Shown: one piece after another, positions 26,070 through 26,299 of the stretch | How the letters are laid out: each line of letters opens with the position of its first letter | Numbering within the stretch: the first letter of the stretch is position 1 | From: Eubacteriales bacterium | Lineage (GTDB): Bacteria; Bacillota; Clostridia; Oscillospirales; UMGS1783 | Direction: 5' to 3' | Assembly (NCBI GenBank): GCA_045596725.1 | Contig: JAZOCX010000122.1 | Location: forward strand, 1 to 26,299 | DNA: 26,299 nt | Translations under genes and position numbers: made by a program | Notes under the pieces: model-generated | Told to the model about the DNA's origin: nothing | The model's input: the letters and a program-made list of their open reading frames with translations, nothing else | Database searches by the model: none

Positions 26070-26299
26070 GGTTGCCTTAGGTCTTTCGGGCGGTGTCGAT
26101 TCCGCTGTCTGCGCCCATCTCCTAAGAGAGCAGGGGTATGACGTAGTGGGCGTCTACTGCCGTATGACCGACGATACAACCGAACAAGAAGACGCAAAAA
26201 GGGTTGCCGAGCATCTCGGCATCCCTTTTTCTGCTATCGACCTAAGAGACGATTTCCGCAAGGTTGTTATATCGAACTTTATCAATGAGTATAAAAACG
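26062..26299 (+). CDS. mnmA: tRNA 2-thiouridylase MnmA, 3'-truncated by the window edge
   Basis: Manual translation [31 protein letters not shown] (SGGVDS PP-loop); canonical iscS-nifU-mnmA order. Confidence 0.9.
   Translation, partial: [79 protein letters not shown]

Overview
Chromosomal window from a moderately GC-rich Firmicute (Clostridia-like; genus not assignable). Housekeeping genes lie at both ends. Left: SCIFF-type radical SAM/SPASM maturase, Orn/Lys/Arg decarboxylase, MATE, SDR, ung, cupin, DEDDh exonuclease, ATP-grasp protein and an orphan amino-acid-binding lipoprotein. Right: HAD, azlC/azlD, glyQS, rnhA, iscS, nifU, mnmA. Between them (8733-20954) is a compact, apparently intact 16-gene phage morphogenesis and lysis operon: terminase, portal, scaffold, P22-like capsid, short-tail genes, holin and M23 endolysin. 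It has a CI-type repressor and a three-operator divergent switch, but no integrase, no recognisable complete replication module and no visible att sites, and the repressor is translationally coupled to host genes. This architecture suggests a domesticated, gene-transfer-agent-like element (inference). Separately, an AT-rich four-helix-bundle gene (6451-6813) is bracketed by two inward-facing arrays of a 9-bp motif interleaved with mini-hairpins. All family assignments come from motif recognition by eye, not from database searches.
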